Source: an uncultured Acidobacteriota bacterium (GTDB lineage: Bacteria > Acidobacteriota > Terriglobia > UBA7540). From it: a stretch of DNA of 64,000 nucleotides. The stretch's first letter is position 1, and each line of letters starts with the position of its first letter. The notes beneath the pieces are model-generated. The model worked only from the letters and a program-made list of their open reading frames with translations. It was not told the origin of the DNA and did not search any database. Location of the stretch: assembly GCA_963804995.1 (NCBI GenBank), contig CAWDSK010000006.1, positions 1,696,001-1,760,000 of the forward strand, read 5' to 3'. Position numbers and translations under genes: made by a program. Positions 40,519 to 52,544 of the stretch are shown here, piece by piece.

Positions 40519-41175
40519 TCAGGCGATCTTCTGATGAGTAGAGTCCTGCCCGCCCACGGTCTGTTGCATGGCCGTGAGAATGAGGGAAACCACCGCATCC
40601 TCTCCCAGGCTGGAACAAACTTGCAGGTGATACAGGTGGCGATTGGACCAGTCCTGGCCGAAATGGTCGCGAACGTAAGCCGCACGGAGGCGGTCCTGAG
40701 AGTCCATTTTCTGCTCGGCCTGGGCCCGGGTGAGGCTGGCCTCGCGAGCCTGTAGCCGCGCCAGCCTTTCGCCCCTCGGCGCGTAGACGAAAACATGAAA
40801 GGCATCGCCACGCGGTTGCAAAATGCACTGGCTGCCGCGCCCCACAATCACGCACTGGCCGATCGCCGCGGCTTCCTCAATAAGCCGCCGGGTGAGTCCG
40901 GCCGCCACCTCAGCGTCGAACCAGTTGGGGACAGGGCCGCCGATGTAACCCCTGAGTCCAGGTGATTGCCACAGCACTTCCGCCAACTTGTTGAACCACG
41001 GATCGAGACGCTCGTCGTATTTTTCCGCCACCCGGGGCTCAACAGAGGCGGCTTCCGCGATGCGCTCCACCAAGCAGCGGTCAAGCAGCTTCCATCCCAG
41101 GCGGTCGGCCAGCAACTGGGCGATGCGGGCGCCGCCGCTGGCGTATTCTCTGGCTACGGTCACGACGCGGTACAT
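40519..41175 (-). CDS. Cytidylate kinase-like family protein
   Basis: VTVAREYASGG, CVIVGRG, FHVFVYAP, YHL. Confidence 0.88.
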   Translation of the reverse strand: MYRVVTVAREYASGGARIAQLLADRLGWKLLDRCLVERIAEAASVEPRVAEKYDERLDPWFNKLAEVLWQSPGLRGYIGGPVPNWFDAEVAAGLTRRLIEEAAAIGQCVIVGRGSQCILQPRGDAFHVFVYAPRGERLARLQAREASLTRAQAEQKMDSQDRLRAAYVRDHFGQDWSNRHLYHLQVCSSLGEDAVVSLILTAMQQTVGGQDSTHQKIA

Positions 41176-41185
41176 AGCTTTATCC

Positions 41186-42487
41186 TCATTTCGTAAGGAT
41201 CGTCGCCTCAACATTCATGCCTGGACGCAAGATGGCCTTCTCGGGCGGAACGGGATCCAGCAGAATCTTGACGGGAATCCGTTGCACCACTTTTACGTAA
41301 TTGCCCGTGGCGTTTTCAGGTGGCAGCAGGCTCATGCGTGCACCCGTCGCACCGGCGATAGAATCCAAGTGGCCGGTGAACGTCTGGCCGTACATATCGA
41401 CATCGATTTCGGCTTTCTGACCGGGGTGCAACTTGGCAAGCTGCGTCTCTTTGAAGTTGGCAGTGACCCAGATATCCTGAAGAGGAATCAGGGTGAAGAG
41501 TCCCTGCCCGGGTTGCACGATTTGGCCGACCTCGACGGATTTCCTGGTGACCACGCCATCGGACGGAGCAACGATGGTGGTGTAACTCAATTGCAATTGC
41601 GCGGTCTCCAGATCCGCTCGGGCCTTGCCCACGGCCGCTTCGGCGGAGGCCCGATCCGCCTCGTGAATCGAAACCTGTTTGTGGTTCGCCACGGCCTGCC
41701 GGACCATGGCGCGCGCCTGTTCAACCTGGGCTTTCGCCGCTAACATGGATTCGCGAGCGATCTCCGCGTTCTTTTCGGCGGAGGCTAATTTCTCGTTCGC
41801 CGCTTTCAGCTCGCTATCCGCCACCCGCGCGCCTGCCAGGTAGGCATCGTATTGTTGCTGGGAGATCTCGGCTTTCTCCATCAAGGGCTTCATGCGCGCC
41901 AGGTCTGCCTGGGCACGATCGTTATTGGCTTGCTGAGCTGCGACATGGGCGCGCGCGTAGGCCAGTTCCGCGGTGGAGTCCTTTTCGTAGGTAAATTTCG
42001 CCTTGTCGTAGTTCGCCTCTGCGGCAGCCAGTTGGGCGTCGGCGCCTGAAGTGCCACTCTCGGAGGTTTCCCGGCTGAGGGGCACGCCCACGCCCGCGGC
42101 GCGCGCCTGGGCTTCCGCCAACTCCAGCGCTGCCTTGGATTGATCAACGCGGGCCTGGTAATCGCGGGGGTCAATGCGGACTAACACTTGCCCTGCCTTG
42201 ACGGGCTCATTGTCGTGAATTTGAACGTCCGCGACCATCCCGTAAATCTTGCAGGCAATAGGCACGATGTGCCCGTCCACCTGGGCGTCGTCAGTGGAGA
42301 CACGGTCATGGTAGTGGATGAGCAGCGCCACGATCACGAGCGCCAGCACAGCGGCCACCCCGGCCACCGCGCGGCGGAATTTCGGATCGGCCCAGCGCGA
42401 GGGGGTCTTTTCGGCTTCCTGACCCGCCGGTTCGACACGGCCTAGTTCTTTCTCAAGTTCAACAACGTTCGGTTCCATGCTCGACAT
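41186..42487 (-). CDS. emrA: HlyD/EmrA membrane fusion protein
   Basis: STDDAQVDG, ANFKETQL, LLPPENATGNYVKVVQRIPVKI. Confidence 0.93.
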   Translation of the reverse strand: MSSMEPNVVELEKELGRVEPAGQEAEKTPSRWADPKFRRAVAGVAAVLALVIVALLIHYHDRVSTDDAQVDGHIVPIACKIYGMVADVQIHDNEPVKAGQVLVRIDPRDYQARVDQSKAALELAEAQARAAGVGVPLSRETSESGTSGADAQLAAAEANYDKAKFTYEKDSTAELAYARAHVAAQQANNDRAQADLARMKPLMEKAEISQQQYDAYLAGARVADSELKAANEKLASAEKNAEIARESMLAAKAQVEQARAMVRQAVANHKQVSIHEADRASAEAAVGKARADLETAQLQLSYTTIVAPSDGVVTRKSVEVGQIVQPGQGLFTLIPLQDIWVTANFKETQLAKLHPGQKAEIDVDMYGQTFTGHLDSIAGATGARMSLLPPENATGNYVKVVQRIPVKILLDPVPPEKAILRPGMNVEATILTK

Positions 42488-42499
42488 AGGTGAACACCT

Positions 42500-44134
42500 T
42501 TACTTGGAATAGAGCCCTTCCATCTGGCCGATGGCGTGCGCCAAATCGGCTCGTGATTGGTTGTAGCGATAGAGTGCAGCGATCTGGTTGTCGTTGGCGC
42601 GCGCCAGAGCATCCTGCGCGCTGATGACTTCAATATTGTTGGCCACACCCGCCTGGAAACGGTCGCGCGCCTGGGTGACCTCTTCATGGGCAAGCTTGAC
42701 GCCCAGATTCGCCACCTCCACCTCGTGCCGCGCGGAGTCGAGCTCGGCCAGCGCGGTCTTCACTTCCAGCCCAATCTGGTCACGCAGCTCGGCGCGTTCC
42801 TGGTCAACCTTCTTGACTTCCAGGTCAGACTTGACGATTTCCGCGCGGATCCTCCCACTGGTGAACAAGGGCACATCCACCGCCACCTGATAAGTGTACG
42901 AAGGGATCGAGCCAGATAGCGACAGCCCTTGATAAGCCCAAAAGCCACTCATATTGATCGAGGGCAAGCGCGACTCGGAGGCGCCACGCTTTTGGAGCTC
43001 CGCGATGTGCTCACGTGCCGCAAGGGCCTTCATTTCAGGGCGCGTCGCGTAAGCCTGCTCAATGCTTTGGCTGGCCTGGAGTTCCGGCGTCTCGTAAAAA
43101 CTTGGCGTGTCTGCAAGCTCGATCTCGCGGTGCGGGTCCAGATTAAGCAGCCGCGACAGCCCATAGACTGCAATCTTCTGCTGTGTATCCGCTTCCAGCA
43201 GGCGCTGTTTTTCATTTTGGAGCTCGACGTTGGCGCGCAAGGTATCAATTCCCGTACCGACCCCGTGGTTCTGCAAGTCTAGAGCTTGATCGTAAAGTGC
43301 TTGCGCTAAGTCGACGCGCGAGTGCGCAGCGTTCACCGCAGCCGTGGCGCGCAGTCCGGCCAGGTATTGCGAAACGACGAGCAGCACTACCTGCTCGCGC
43401 ACCGCCGTCTCCTGCGCCGAGCTCGCGTCCACACCTTGATGGGCCGCCTGCCAGCGCCGCCAAAGCGTCAGGTCGAGTATCGGCATGGAAAAACCTGGGC
43501 CAGCTTGAAAGAATTGAAAAGGCCCCGCATGCTCAGGAATGCCAGGAAACCTGCTGCCGAAGGCGGCGTATATGTTGAAGCGCATGGCGCGGTCCACAAC
43601 CTCAAAGCCGGCCTGGGGCAGCAAAGCGGAACGCGCGATCGTCTTATCCTCCTCGCTCTGCGCAAAACTCAAATTGGCCACCTGCACCTGGGGATTTTCT
43701 TTGAGCGCCGTCGCGACTGCGTCGTGCAGAGTCAATCGCAGTGGGGATGAATCCTGCCCTCGACCGAGGGAGGCTGCCATAATCGGAAGCAAGAGAATGA
43801 AAGCCAGCTTGCCGGCGTGCTGCTTCAACTTATCCCCGGTTTTCCCGGGCTTCACCCCGGACTTTTCGGGTGCGATTTCCTCAATCAATGATTTCGGTAC
43901 CAAACCTGAGCCGACCAACTTTCCCCCTTGAGCGAGAATTGAACAGAGCAACTCTTTCCCCGCACTGTCCACAAAGGTCACGCCGGAAAGATCCACCACC
44001 AGCCCCTCTTTAATGTAGATGTCAGAGGACATCCTCCAGCATCGCTGGAATTCTTCGACCCAGGGTCCGGAGAGCTTGCCCTCTAGTTTAAGTGTGGTGG
44101 TGTCGCCGGTAATTGTGGTCGTGATGCGAAGCAT
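42500..44134 (-). CDS. TolC-family outer membrane channel with N-terminal STAS-like domain
   Basis: MLRIT...LKLEGKLSGPWVEE...VDLSGVTFVDSAG, then a hydrophobic signal-like stretch and two OEP repeats. Confidence 0.85.
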   Translation of the reverse strand: MLRITTTITGDTTTLKLEGKLSGPWVEEFQRCWRMSSDIYIKEGLVVDLSGVTFVDSAGKELLCSILAQGGKLVGSGLVPKSLIEEIAPEKSGVKPGKTGDKLKQHAGKLAFILLLPIMAASLGRGQDSSPLRLTLHDAVATALKENPQVQVANLSFAQSEEDKTIARSALLPQAGFEVVDRAMRFNIYAAFGSRFPGIPEHAGPFQFFQAGPGFSMPILDLTLWRRWQAAHQGVDASSAQETAVREQVVLLVVSQYLAGLRATAAVNAAHSRVDLAQALYDQALDLQNHGVGTGIDTLRANVELQNEKQRLLEADTQQKIAVYGLSRLLNLDPHREIELADTPSFYETPELQASQSIEQAYATRPEMKALAAREHIAELQKRGASESRLPSINMSGFWAYQGLSLSGSIPSYTYQVAVDVPLFTSGRIRAEIVKSDLEVKKVDQERAELRDQIGLEVKTALAELDSARHEVEVANLGVKLAHEEVTQARDRFQAGVANNIEVISAQDALARANDNQIAALYRYNQSRADLAHAIGQMEGLYSK

Positions 44135-44772
44135 AATGGCTGGTCCCCTCTTTCCATAATATGATTGCGCAATGCCAAGTCCAAAGTCAGACACCATTCT
44201 TTGGCTTGACAAGATACCATTACCCCTTATTATCCAATGGTTAATGGTTGCAAGGCCTTTTAAGGTCGATACCCGCCCACTGCCGAAATATCGTCACTTG
44301 ACGGAATGTAGTCATCGGCAGTCGGCACTCCCTTAATTTGGATGGACTCTTCTGCATCTGGTGCGGACATTTATTCCACCTATAAAAACAATTCATTTAA
44401 CACGTATGTAATAGATCGAGGATAATAAAAATTGGTTCGGAGGGGGCACTGGCTTCTGGGGAGGGCAAGGATTTGCTTAAGCTATTGATTCAGTTATCGT
44501 TAGTTAATAAAGAGGGTCGACTTTTTGAGCAAACCGCTCGTGCTGATTTCCCTTTCCTCCTAAGTACTTTTTGATCTCAAGGGCTCCTAACCACCTCACA
44601 TTAGCTTTCCAGACGGTGTGGGCAGGGTTTCCGCTGGAAAGCGGATGCAAGACGTGACGGCAGGCGTTCCACATACTCGCTGAACACGGATTGCCAGTCA
44701 CGTCGGCAAGGGACTGGTTACGAAGCTTGGTTGACCCCTCAGGGGGCCAGGGCACCCAGGCACAGATTTGAA

Positions 44773-47700
44773 ATGGACGATAGGTTCCCATCTCGAGGTT
44801 TACCGCCGGCACAAGGTCTCTACGACCCCCGCCACGAGCACGATGCGTGCGGGATCGGCTTTGTGGCGAACATCTCCGGCGAAAAATCGCATGATATTAT
44901 CCTTAAGGGCATAGAGATTCTGATTAATCTGACGCACCGTGGCGCCTGTGGGTGCGATCCGCAGACCGGCGACGGCGCCGGCGTGTTGATCCAGATTCCC
45001 CATGCCTTCTTTGAAGCCGAATGCTCCCGCCTGGGGTTCGCGCTGCCTTCCCCTGAAGAGTACGGCGTGGGCATGATGTTTCTTCCCGTTGAGCCGCACG
45101 AGCGCCTGCAGTGTGAGGCCATCGTGGAAGAGATTGTGCGCGACGAAGGCCTGACGGTGCTGGGCTGGCGCGATATCCCGGTGAATGCCAACACCATTGG
45201 GCGCCTGGCGCGCAACACGCAACCTTACATTGAACAGATTTTCATCAAGCGGGCGTACGGAATGGACGCCGATGCCCTGGAGCGAAAACTCTACGTCATT
45301 CGCAAGCGCATTGAGAAAGCCATAAGCGAAACCGATTTGCGGGAGAAGAGCTTCTTCTACATTCCCTCCCTCTCCTGCCGGACGATTATTTACAAGGGCC
45401 TTCTGCTGGCCCCGCAGATCGCGAATTTCTACGGGGAACTCTCCAATCCCGAAGTCCGCAGCGCGCTTTGCCTGGTTCACCAGCGCTTCTCAACCAACAC
45501 CTTCCCCACCTGGCATCTCGCGCATCCGTTCCGCTACATCTGCCACAACGGCGAAATTAATACGCTGCGTGGCAATGTGAACTGGATGCACGCCCGGACG
45601 GGGACCCTCACTTCACCCCTCTTCGGCGAGGACATCAAGAAGCTGGAGCCCATCATCGCGCCGGGCGGAAGCGATTCGGCGAATCTTGATAATGCTGTCG
45701 AGCTTCTGTTCCTGGCAGGGCGCAGTCTTCCGCATGTGATGGAGATGCTCATCCCCGCGGCCTGGGCGGGTGATCCCACCATGCCCCCGGACGTTAAAGC
45801 GTTTTATGAATATCACGCCTCGCTGATGGAGGCGTGGGACGGTCCCGCAGCCGTGGCCTTTACAGATGGCCGCGTGATCGGCGCCAAGCTTGACCGCAAT
45901 GGATTGCGGCCCGGCCGCTTTGTGGTAACGAATCGCGGCCTGGTCATCATGGCGTCGGAGGCCGGGGTGTTGCCGATTGATCCGGAGGAGATTCGCTTCA
46001 AGGGACGGTTGGAGCCGGGGCGCATGCTTCTGGTGGACACCCTCAAGGGCCGCATTATTCCTGACGACGAAATCAAGAAGCAATTGGCGGCGCGCCAACC
46101 TTATGCGCAGTGGCTCGCGGAGAATCAGGTCACGCTGAAGCAGTTGGCGGACCCGCCCCGCGTCCAGACCACCGACCCCGCTACAATTTTGATGCGCCAA
46201 CGCGCCTTTGGGTATTCAGACGAAGACCTGAAGACCATCATGATCCCCATGGCGAAGAGTGGTGAGGAACCCGTGGGGTCGATGGGAACCGACACGCCAC
46301 TCGCCTGCCTCTCCGACAAACCACAACTGCTCTTCAACTACTTCAAGCAGATGTTCGCGCAGGTCACCAACCCCGCCATCGATCCGATTCGCGAAGATCT
46401 GGTCATGTCGCTTTACGATTACATTGGCTGTGAGGGGAACATTCTGGAGGAAACGCCCCAACTCTGCCACACGCTCAAGAAGCGCCATCCCATTGTGACC
46501 AACTGGAACCTGGAGAAATTGCGACGCGTGAGCCGGGGAGATTTCCTGGCCACCACCCTTCCCATGCTTTTCCGCGTGGACGAAGGTGAACGGCGCCTGG
46601 AGACAGCGGTCCACAGCCTTTGTCGCCGCGCCTCGCTCGCCATCAAATCAGGCTACACGTTGCTGATTCTTTCTGACCGTGGCGTCGATGAGGAATACGC
46701 GCCGATTCCCAGCCTGCTGGCGCTCTCCGCCGTGCACAATCATCTGGTACGGGAGAAGACGCGGAATCAGGTCGCCCTTATCGTGGAGACCGGCGAGCCC
46801 CGCGAAGTGATGCATTTCGCTCTCCTGATCGGTTATGGCGCGAGCGCCATCAATCCCTATCTGGCGCTTGAAACTTTGGAGGACCTCCACGCCAAAGACT
46901 TATTCCCGCCAGGTTACACTTTTGATAAAGTCCTGAAGAACTATATCAAGGCTGTCGATAAGGGATTGCTGAAGGTCCTCTCCAAGATGGGGATATCGAC
47001 CCTGCAAAGTTATTGCGGCGCGCAGATATTTGAAGCCATTGGATTGAGCAAATCTGTTGTGGAGCGCTACTTCACGGGCACCTCGTCCCGGATTGAGGGC
47101 GTGGGGCTGGAGGTTTTGGCTCGCGAAGCCTTGATGCGGCACAGGTTTGCGATGCAGCCGCCGGGTGAATCTGAGACCGAGCTGGAAGTGGGAGGGAACT
47201 ACCAGTACCGCGAACGGGGCGAGCGACACCTGCTCAATCCCGTCACCATCAGCAAACTCCAGCATGCGGTGCGGCAATCGAGTTTCGAGACCTTCCAGGA
47301 ATACGCCCGGGTCGTCAACGAGCAGAACCGGAACCTCTACACGTTGCGCGGGCTCCTGGACCTTCATCCCGCGGGGCCGCCCGTGCCCCTCGAGGAAGTG
47401 GAACCGGCCTCGGAAATCGTGAAGCGCTTCGCCACCGGCGCCATGTCTTTCGGCTCCATCAGCAAGGAAGCGCACGAAACCCTGGCCATCGCCATGAATC
47501 GCATTGGCGGCCGATCCAACACCGGCGAGGGCGGCGAAGATGCAGCGCGCTTCCTTCCCGATCCGAATGGTGATTCAAGACGCAGCGCCATCAAGCAGGT
47601 GGCCTCCGCCCGCTTCGGGGTTACGACTCACTATCTGGTGAACGCCGAGGACCTCCAGATCAAAATTGCGCAGGGCGCCAAGCCCGGCGAGGGTGGCCAG

Positions 47701-49363
47701 CTTCCCGGCCATAAGGTGGATGAGGTCATCGCCCGCGTGCGGCACTCCATCCCCGGTGTGCAATTGATCTCTCCGCCGCCGCACCACGACATCTATTCCA
47801 TCGAGGACCTGGCGCAGCTTATCTACGACCTCAAGAACGTGAATCCGCAGGCGCGCATTTCCGTAAAGCTGGTCGCCGAATCCGGCGTGGGAACCGTGGC
47901 GGCGGGCGTGGCCAAAGCTCATGCCGATGTCATCCTCATCAGCGGTTACGACGGCGGCACCGGCGCTTCGCCGATTTCCTCGATTCGGCATGCGGGCATC
48001 CCCTGGGAGCTCGGCCTTTCGGAGACCCAGCAAACTCTGGTGATGAACGACCTGCGCAGCCGCGTTCGCCTGCAAGTGGATGGAAAGTTGCAGTCCGGCC
48101 GCGACGTGGCCATCGCTGCCCTGCTGGGGGCTGAAGAGTTCGGGTTCGCCACCATGCCGCTTATTTCGATGGGCTGCATCATGATGCGTAAGTGCCACCT
48201 GAATACTTGTCCTGTGGGCGTGGCGACGCAGGACCCGGTGCTGCGCAAGAAGTTCCAGGGCCAGCCGGAGCACGTAATCAATTTTCTTTTCTATATCGCC
48301 GAAGACCTGCGGCAGGTCATGGCGCAGCTCGGCTTCCGCAAGCTGGATGAAATGGTAGGCCGGGTGGATTGCCTGGTCCAGCGCCGCGACGTCGACCATT
48401 GGAAAGCCCGCGGGTTGGATCTTTCCCCCGTGCTCTTCAATCCTCACGTGCCGGCGCGTGTGGGGCGTCACTGCACGATCAAGCAGGACCACGGCCTGGA
48501 GAAGTCTCTCGACTATCACTTGATTGACCACGCGCGCGAGGCGCTCGAAGCGCGGCAAAAAGGTATCGATCAGTCTCCCCATCCGCAACACCCACCGCAC
48601 CGTGGGAGCCATGTTGAGCGGCGAGATCGCCCGCCGTTACGGGGCTGTGGGCCTGCCCGACGACACCATCAGGTTTCAGTTCACGGGCTCAGCGGGACAG
48701 AGTTTCGGCGCCTTCCTGGCCAAGGGCGTTACCCTGACACTCGAAGGCGAGGCCAACGATTACGTCGGCAAAGGACTCTCAGGCGGCAGGCTGATTATCT
48801 ATCCCCCGCGCAATGCTGCTTTCCAACCCGAGGAAAACATCCTGGTGGGTAACGTGGTTCTTTACGGAGCCACAAGCGGCGAGGTTTACTTCAATGGCAT
48901 GGCCGGTGAGCGCTTCGCCGTGAGAAACTCCGGCGCCACGGCGGTGGTGGAAGCGGTCGGCGATCATGGTTGTGAATACATGACCCGGGGAACCGTCGTC
49001 GTGCTGGGCCAGACCGGGCGCAATTTCGCCGCCGGGATGACCGGCGGCATTGCCTATGTTCTGGATGAAACCGGTGAGTTCACCCAGGTTCGCTGCAACG
49101 GCGCGAGCGTGGACCTCAACCCGGTCAACGATCCTCAGGATATCGATCTCATCCAACTCCTAATCGCCCGCCACGCAGAACTCACCGATAGCCCACGGGC
49201 CAAGTGGATTCTCGAAAATTGGGAGATCATGCTGCCGAAGTTCGTAAAGGTTTTTCCGCATGAGTACAAGCGAGTGCTGGGCATCCCACGGGCCGCGGCC
49301 GTTCTGACTGGAGCACATCAGTCCACGGCGACACAACCCACCCCGGAGGCGCTGCGTGGGTAA
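44773..49363 (+). CDS. gltB: Glutamate synthase large subunit, frameshift at about 48560
   Basis: [41 protein letters not shown]-terminal GXGXG domain in the 48524..49363 frame. Confidence 0.93.
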
Positions 49364-50771
49364 AGCTACAGGATTCATGGAAGCTACACGTGAGACGCCC
49401 GCGCGCCGGCCCGTAGACGAGCGTGTGAACGATTACCGGGAAGTTTATCAGGATTTTCCCGAGGAAAAGCTACGCACGCAAGCGGCGCGCTGCATGGATT
49501 GCAGTGTTCCGTTCTGTCATACGGGCTGCCCGCTGAACAACATCATCCCCGACTGGAATGACCTGGTTTACCATGAGCGCTGGAAGGAAGCCATCCGCAC
49601 GCTGCACGCCACCAACAATTTCCCGGAGTTCACCGGCCGCATTTGCCCGGCGCCCTGCGAGGCCGCCTGCGTGCTGGGAATCAACGAGCCGCCTGTAACC
49701 ATCAAGAGCATCGAGAAGACTATTATCGAGCACGCTTTCGAGCAAGGGTGGATCCGGCCGGAAGCGCCTGCCACCCGCACCGGTAAGCGCGTGGCCATCG
49801 TCGGTTCAGGGCCGTCAGGACTGGCAGCGGCGCAGCAACTGAATCGCGCCGGGCACACCGTGACCGTATTCGAAAAGGCCGATCGCGTTGGCGGCCTGCT
49901 GCGCTATGGCATTCCCGACTTCAAGCTGGAAAAGCAGGTTCTCGACCGGCGGCTGGACCAAATGCTTCAAGAAGGTGTCGTCTTCAAAACCGGCACGCAC
50001 GTCGGCCAAAACTTAGCGGTGGAGGATTTGCGCGCTGACTTCGACGCAGTCCTGCTGAGTGGCGGCGCGGAAAGCCCGCGTGACCTCAAAGTGCCGGGAC
50101 GCGATTTGAAAGGCATACACTTCGCCATGGAGTATCTCCCGCAGCAGAACCGGCGCGGGGCGGGAGACATTGTGGACGGGCAGATTCTTTCAACCGGCAA
50201 GCGCGTTGTAATTATCGGCGGCGGCGACACGGGTGCGGATTGCCTGGGCACGGCGCATCGGCAAAAGGCAGCTTCCGTCCACCAGTTTGAAATCATGCCC
50301 ATGCCGCCGCTTGAGCGCTCGCTCAATACTCCCTGGCCGCTTTGGCCGCTGCAACTGCGTACCGAGAGCGCGCACGAGGAAGGTGGAATACGCGACTGGG
50401 CGGTTGCTACGGTGCGGTTCACGGGTGACGCAGACGGGAATGTGAAAAAGTTGCACGCCATCCGCGTCGGCCCGCCACCGAAGTTTGAGGCAATGCCCGG
50501 AACCGAGTTCGCCATCGAGGTCGACCTGGTGCTGATCGCCTTGGGTTTCCTGGGACCGGTCCGGAATGGCATGATTGAAGCTCTGGGCGTAAGACTCGAT
50601 GGGCGAAGCAACGTCGAAACCGACGCGAATTACATGTCCTCAATCCCCGGCGTCTTCGCCGCCGGCGATATGCGGCGCGGTCAATCCCTGGTGGTCTGGG
50701 CGATTGCGGAGGGGCGCAAAGCGGCGCGCGGCATCGACAAATTCCTGATGGGCGAAACACACCTACGTTAA
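49356..50771 (+). CDS. gltD: Glutamate synthase small subunit
   Basis: [39 protein letters not shown]. Confidence 0.96.
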   Translation: MGKATGFMEATRETPARRPVDERVNDYREVYQDFPEEKLRTQAARCMDCSVPFCHTGCPLNNIIPDWNDLVYHERWKEAIRTLHATNNFPEFTGRICPAPCEAACVLGINEPPVTIKSIEKTIIEHAFEQGWIRPEAPATRTGKRVAIVGSGPSGLAAAQQLNRAGHTVTVFEKADRVGGLLRYGIPDFKLEKQVLDRRLDQMLQEGVVFKTGTHVGQNLAVEDLRADFDAVLLSGGAESPRDLKVPGRDLKGIHFAMEYLPQQNRRGAGDIVDGQILSTGKRVVIIGGGDTGADCLGTAHRQKAASVHQFEIMPMPPLERSLNTPWPLWPLQLRTESAHEEGGIRDWAVATVRFTGDADGNVKKLHAIRVGPPPKFEAMPGTEFAIEVDLVLIALGFLGPVRNGMIEALGVRLDGRSNVETDANYMSSIPGVFAAGDMRRGQSLVVWAIAEGRKAARGIDKFLMGETHLR

Positions 50772-51122
50772 CAACTCCACTACAGAAGGAAGTTCCTGCG
50801 CCACAAGGCTGGAGGGGTCAGCCCGCAGTTGCTCGAACTCGCTTACGGAATAGACAAGCGTATCCGTCGGAATCGTCGCCGTGAATATCTGGTAGGGGCT
50901 GCGGCTCAGGACAAAGTCGGGGAATTCTTTTCGAACCACCACGATCAAGTCCGCGTCGCTGTCGGCCGTCCAGTTCCCTTTCACCAGCGAACCAAAAAGG
51001 TAGACCTTCACGATCTCCGGGTGGGCGCGCTTGGCTTCGGCTGCCGCGCTGCGCAAGTCTCGGAGGACCTGATCAAGGTCGAGGAATCTTACTTCGACAG
51101 AACTCCACGATTCGTCCTGCAT
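50763..51122 (-). CDS. Minimal nucleotidyltransferase (MNT)
   Basis: [10 protein letters not shown]...DSDADL. Confidence 0.85.
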   Translation of the reverse strand: MQDESWSSVEVRFLDLDQVLRDLRSAAAEAKRAHPEIVKVYLFGSLVKGNWTADSDADLIVVVRKEFPDFVLSRSPYQIFTATIPTDTLVYSVSEFEQLRADPSSLVAQELPSVVELLT

Positions 51123-51465
51123 GATCCAGCAACTCCTGGCTGTCCTTTCCATTGAAATAATCCGCTGGACGCCCGGAAGCAAACCCGTTTGGGTAACGGG
51201 AGGTGACGTAAACCTTATCCAGTGCTTGGGCGCTCACCAGTATTTCTTGGCTGACTCCTGCGGAATGCGGAAGCATTCGCAGAATCTCAGTGATGGCGTG
51301 CCCGCGTGCGGCTCCGTGGAGTGACTGCACCAGGGCTTTTACAGCCTTTTCAGCACTCTGCTGGGCGATGAACGCCGCCCATTCGTGATGCCCTGTTGAG
51401 GCGGCAGTTTTCGCGAACTCCAGGTCCCTTTCCGCCTGCCCCAGCCAGTCTTCGGATCGATTCAT
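51073..51465 (-). CDS. HEPN-domain protein
   Basis: DWLGQAERDL, QQSAEKAVKAL, GH, YVTSRYPN. Confidence 0.92.
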   Translation of the reverse strand: MNRSEDWLGQAERDLEFAKTAASTGHHEWAAFIAQQSAEKAVKALVQSLHGAARGHAITEILRMLPHSAGVSQEILVSAQALDKVYVTSRYPNGFASGRPADYFNGKDSQELLDHAGRIVEFCRSKIPRP

Positions 51466-51676
51466 GGCTTGGCTCCAGGCTCAGTCTAGCACGGAACGGG
51501 GATGGAAGAAGCCTACAGGCCCTGTCGGGGTGGAGTTGATCAGGTCTGCCCATCTGTCTTGCCCCCCAGCCACCTCCGGCGGAGCGACATTTTGTTCGCC
51601 CTGACCACCATTTCTTCTCTTGACAAGAGTATCGTTATAGTATACAATCGTGGGCTGTTGGAATTGAGCCGATACT

Positions 51677-52006
51677 GTGTCATTGCGTAAGTCTCCCACC
51701 CTGACTCCTGCTCTGCTAGCCTCCAATCGCCGCAACGCGAAGAAATCCACCGGGCCCAGGACCGCGCGGGGCAAGGCATGGTCGCGTCTGAACCCTTTAC
51801 GGAACGGAGGGCGGTCACGGGAATACATCCGCTTATTCGATGCCTTGGTGGATGCTCAACCGGGCTTTGTGGGGGTGACTGCACAGGCCCTCCTCTCGTC
51901 GAAGCTGGCGCTTCATCCCCTGTTTAGAGAGATCGCCGAAATAAGTGTGCAAGCGGAAATCGATATGTGCAACGAGAGCCGATGGAAGCCCGCACACAGA
52001 GATTGA
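51677..52006 (+). CDS. Hypothetical protein with NAKKSTGPRT motif
   Basis: NRRNAKKSTGPRTARGKA motif, reminiscent of HGGxSTG-like domains. Confidence 0.55.
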   Translation: MSLRKSPTLTPALLASNRRNAKKSTGPRTARGKAWSRLNPLRNGGRSREYIRLFDALVDAQPGFVGVTAQALLSSKLALHPLFREIAEISVQAEIDMCNESRWKPAHRD

Positions 52007-52544
52007 AGAGAAATTTCTTTGTGCGAACAAAGCCGGAATGTTATTGAAAACAAACAATCGCGAAGATGAAAGCCTCTTACCTTAGCTCTATCTTATAGAA
52101 AAATAAGCTAGTTGAATGGATTTCCCAGGATATTCGCCTATTCGTTTGAAAAATAAAGGGTTAGCTGTGCTGCGGGGGTCATCCATGGGTGGGAATCTCA
52201 CCAAATTCGACATATTTTTGTAAATTAGTGGCAAATCAGCCCGCGAGTTTCCGTTAGGCATTTGAAAACACATGAGATATTTGCACAACCGTATTGCGAC
52301 AGGGAAGAGGTCAGCGCGTATTCCTCGCATTATCTTGGGGCCGGAATCCGCCAAAGTTCAACGATGCTGAAAAGGCCCCCCCCACCTTCCCATCCCGTCG
52401 GGCATTCCCCTCCACGGGGCGAGGGTTGATTTCCCTGCCCCGTTGACACTCGCAGGGAGCGCCGCTATCCTCAGAACGAGGAATTGACGCCACAATCTGA
52501 GGTTCATAGGCAGCGGTGGATAGCGTTGGCGGTAACGGGAGGGG

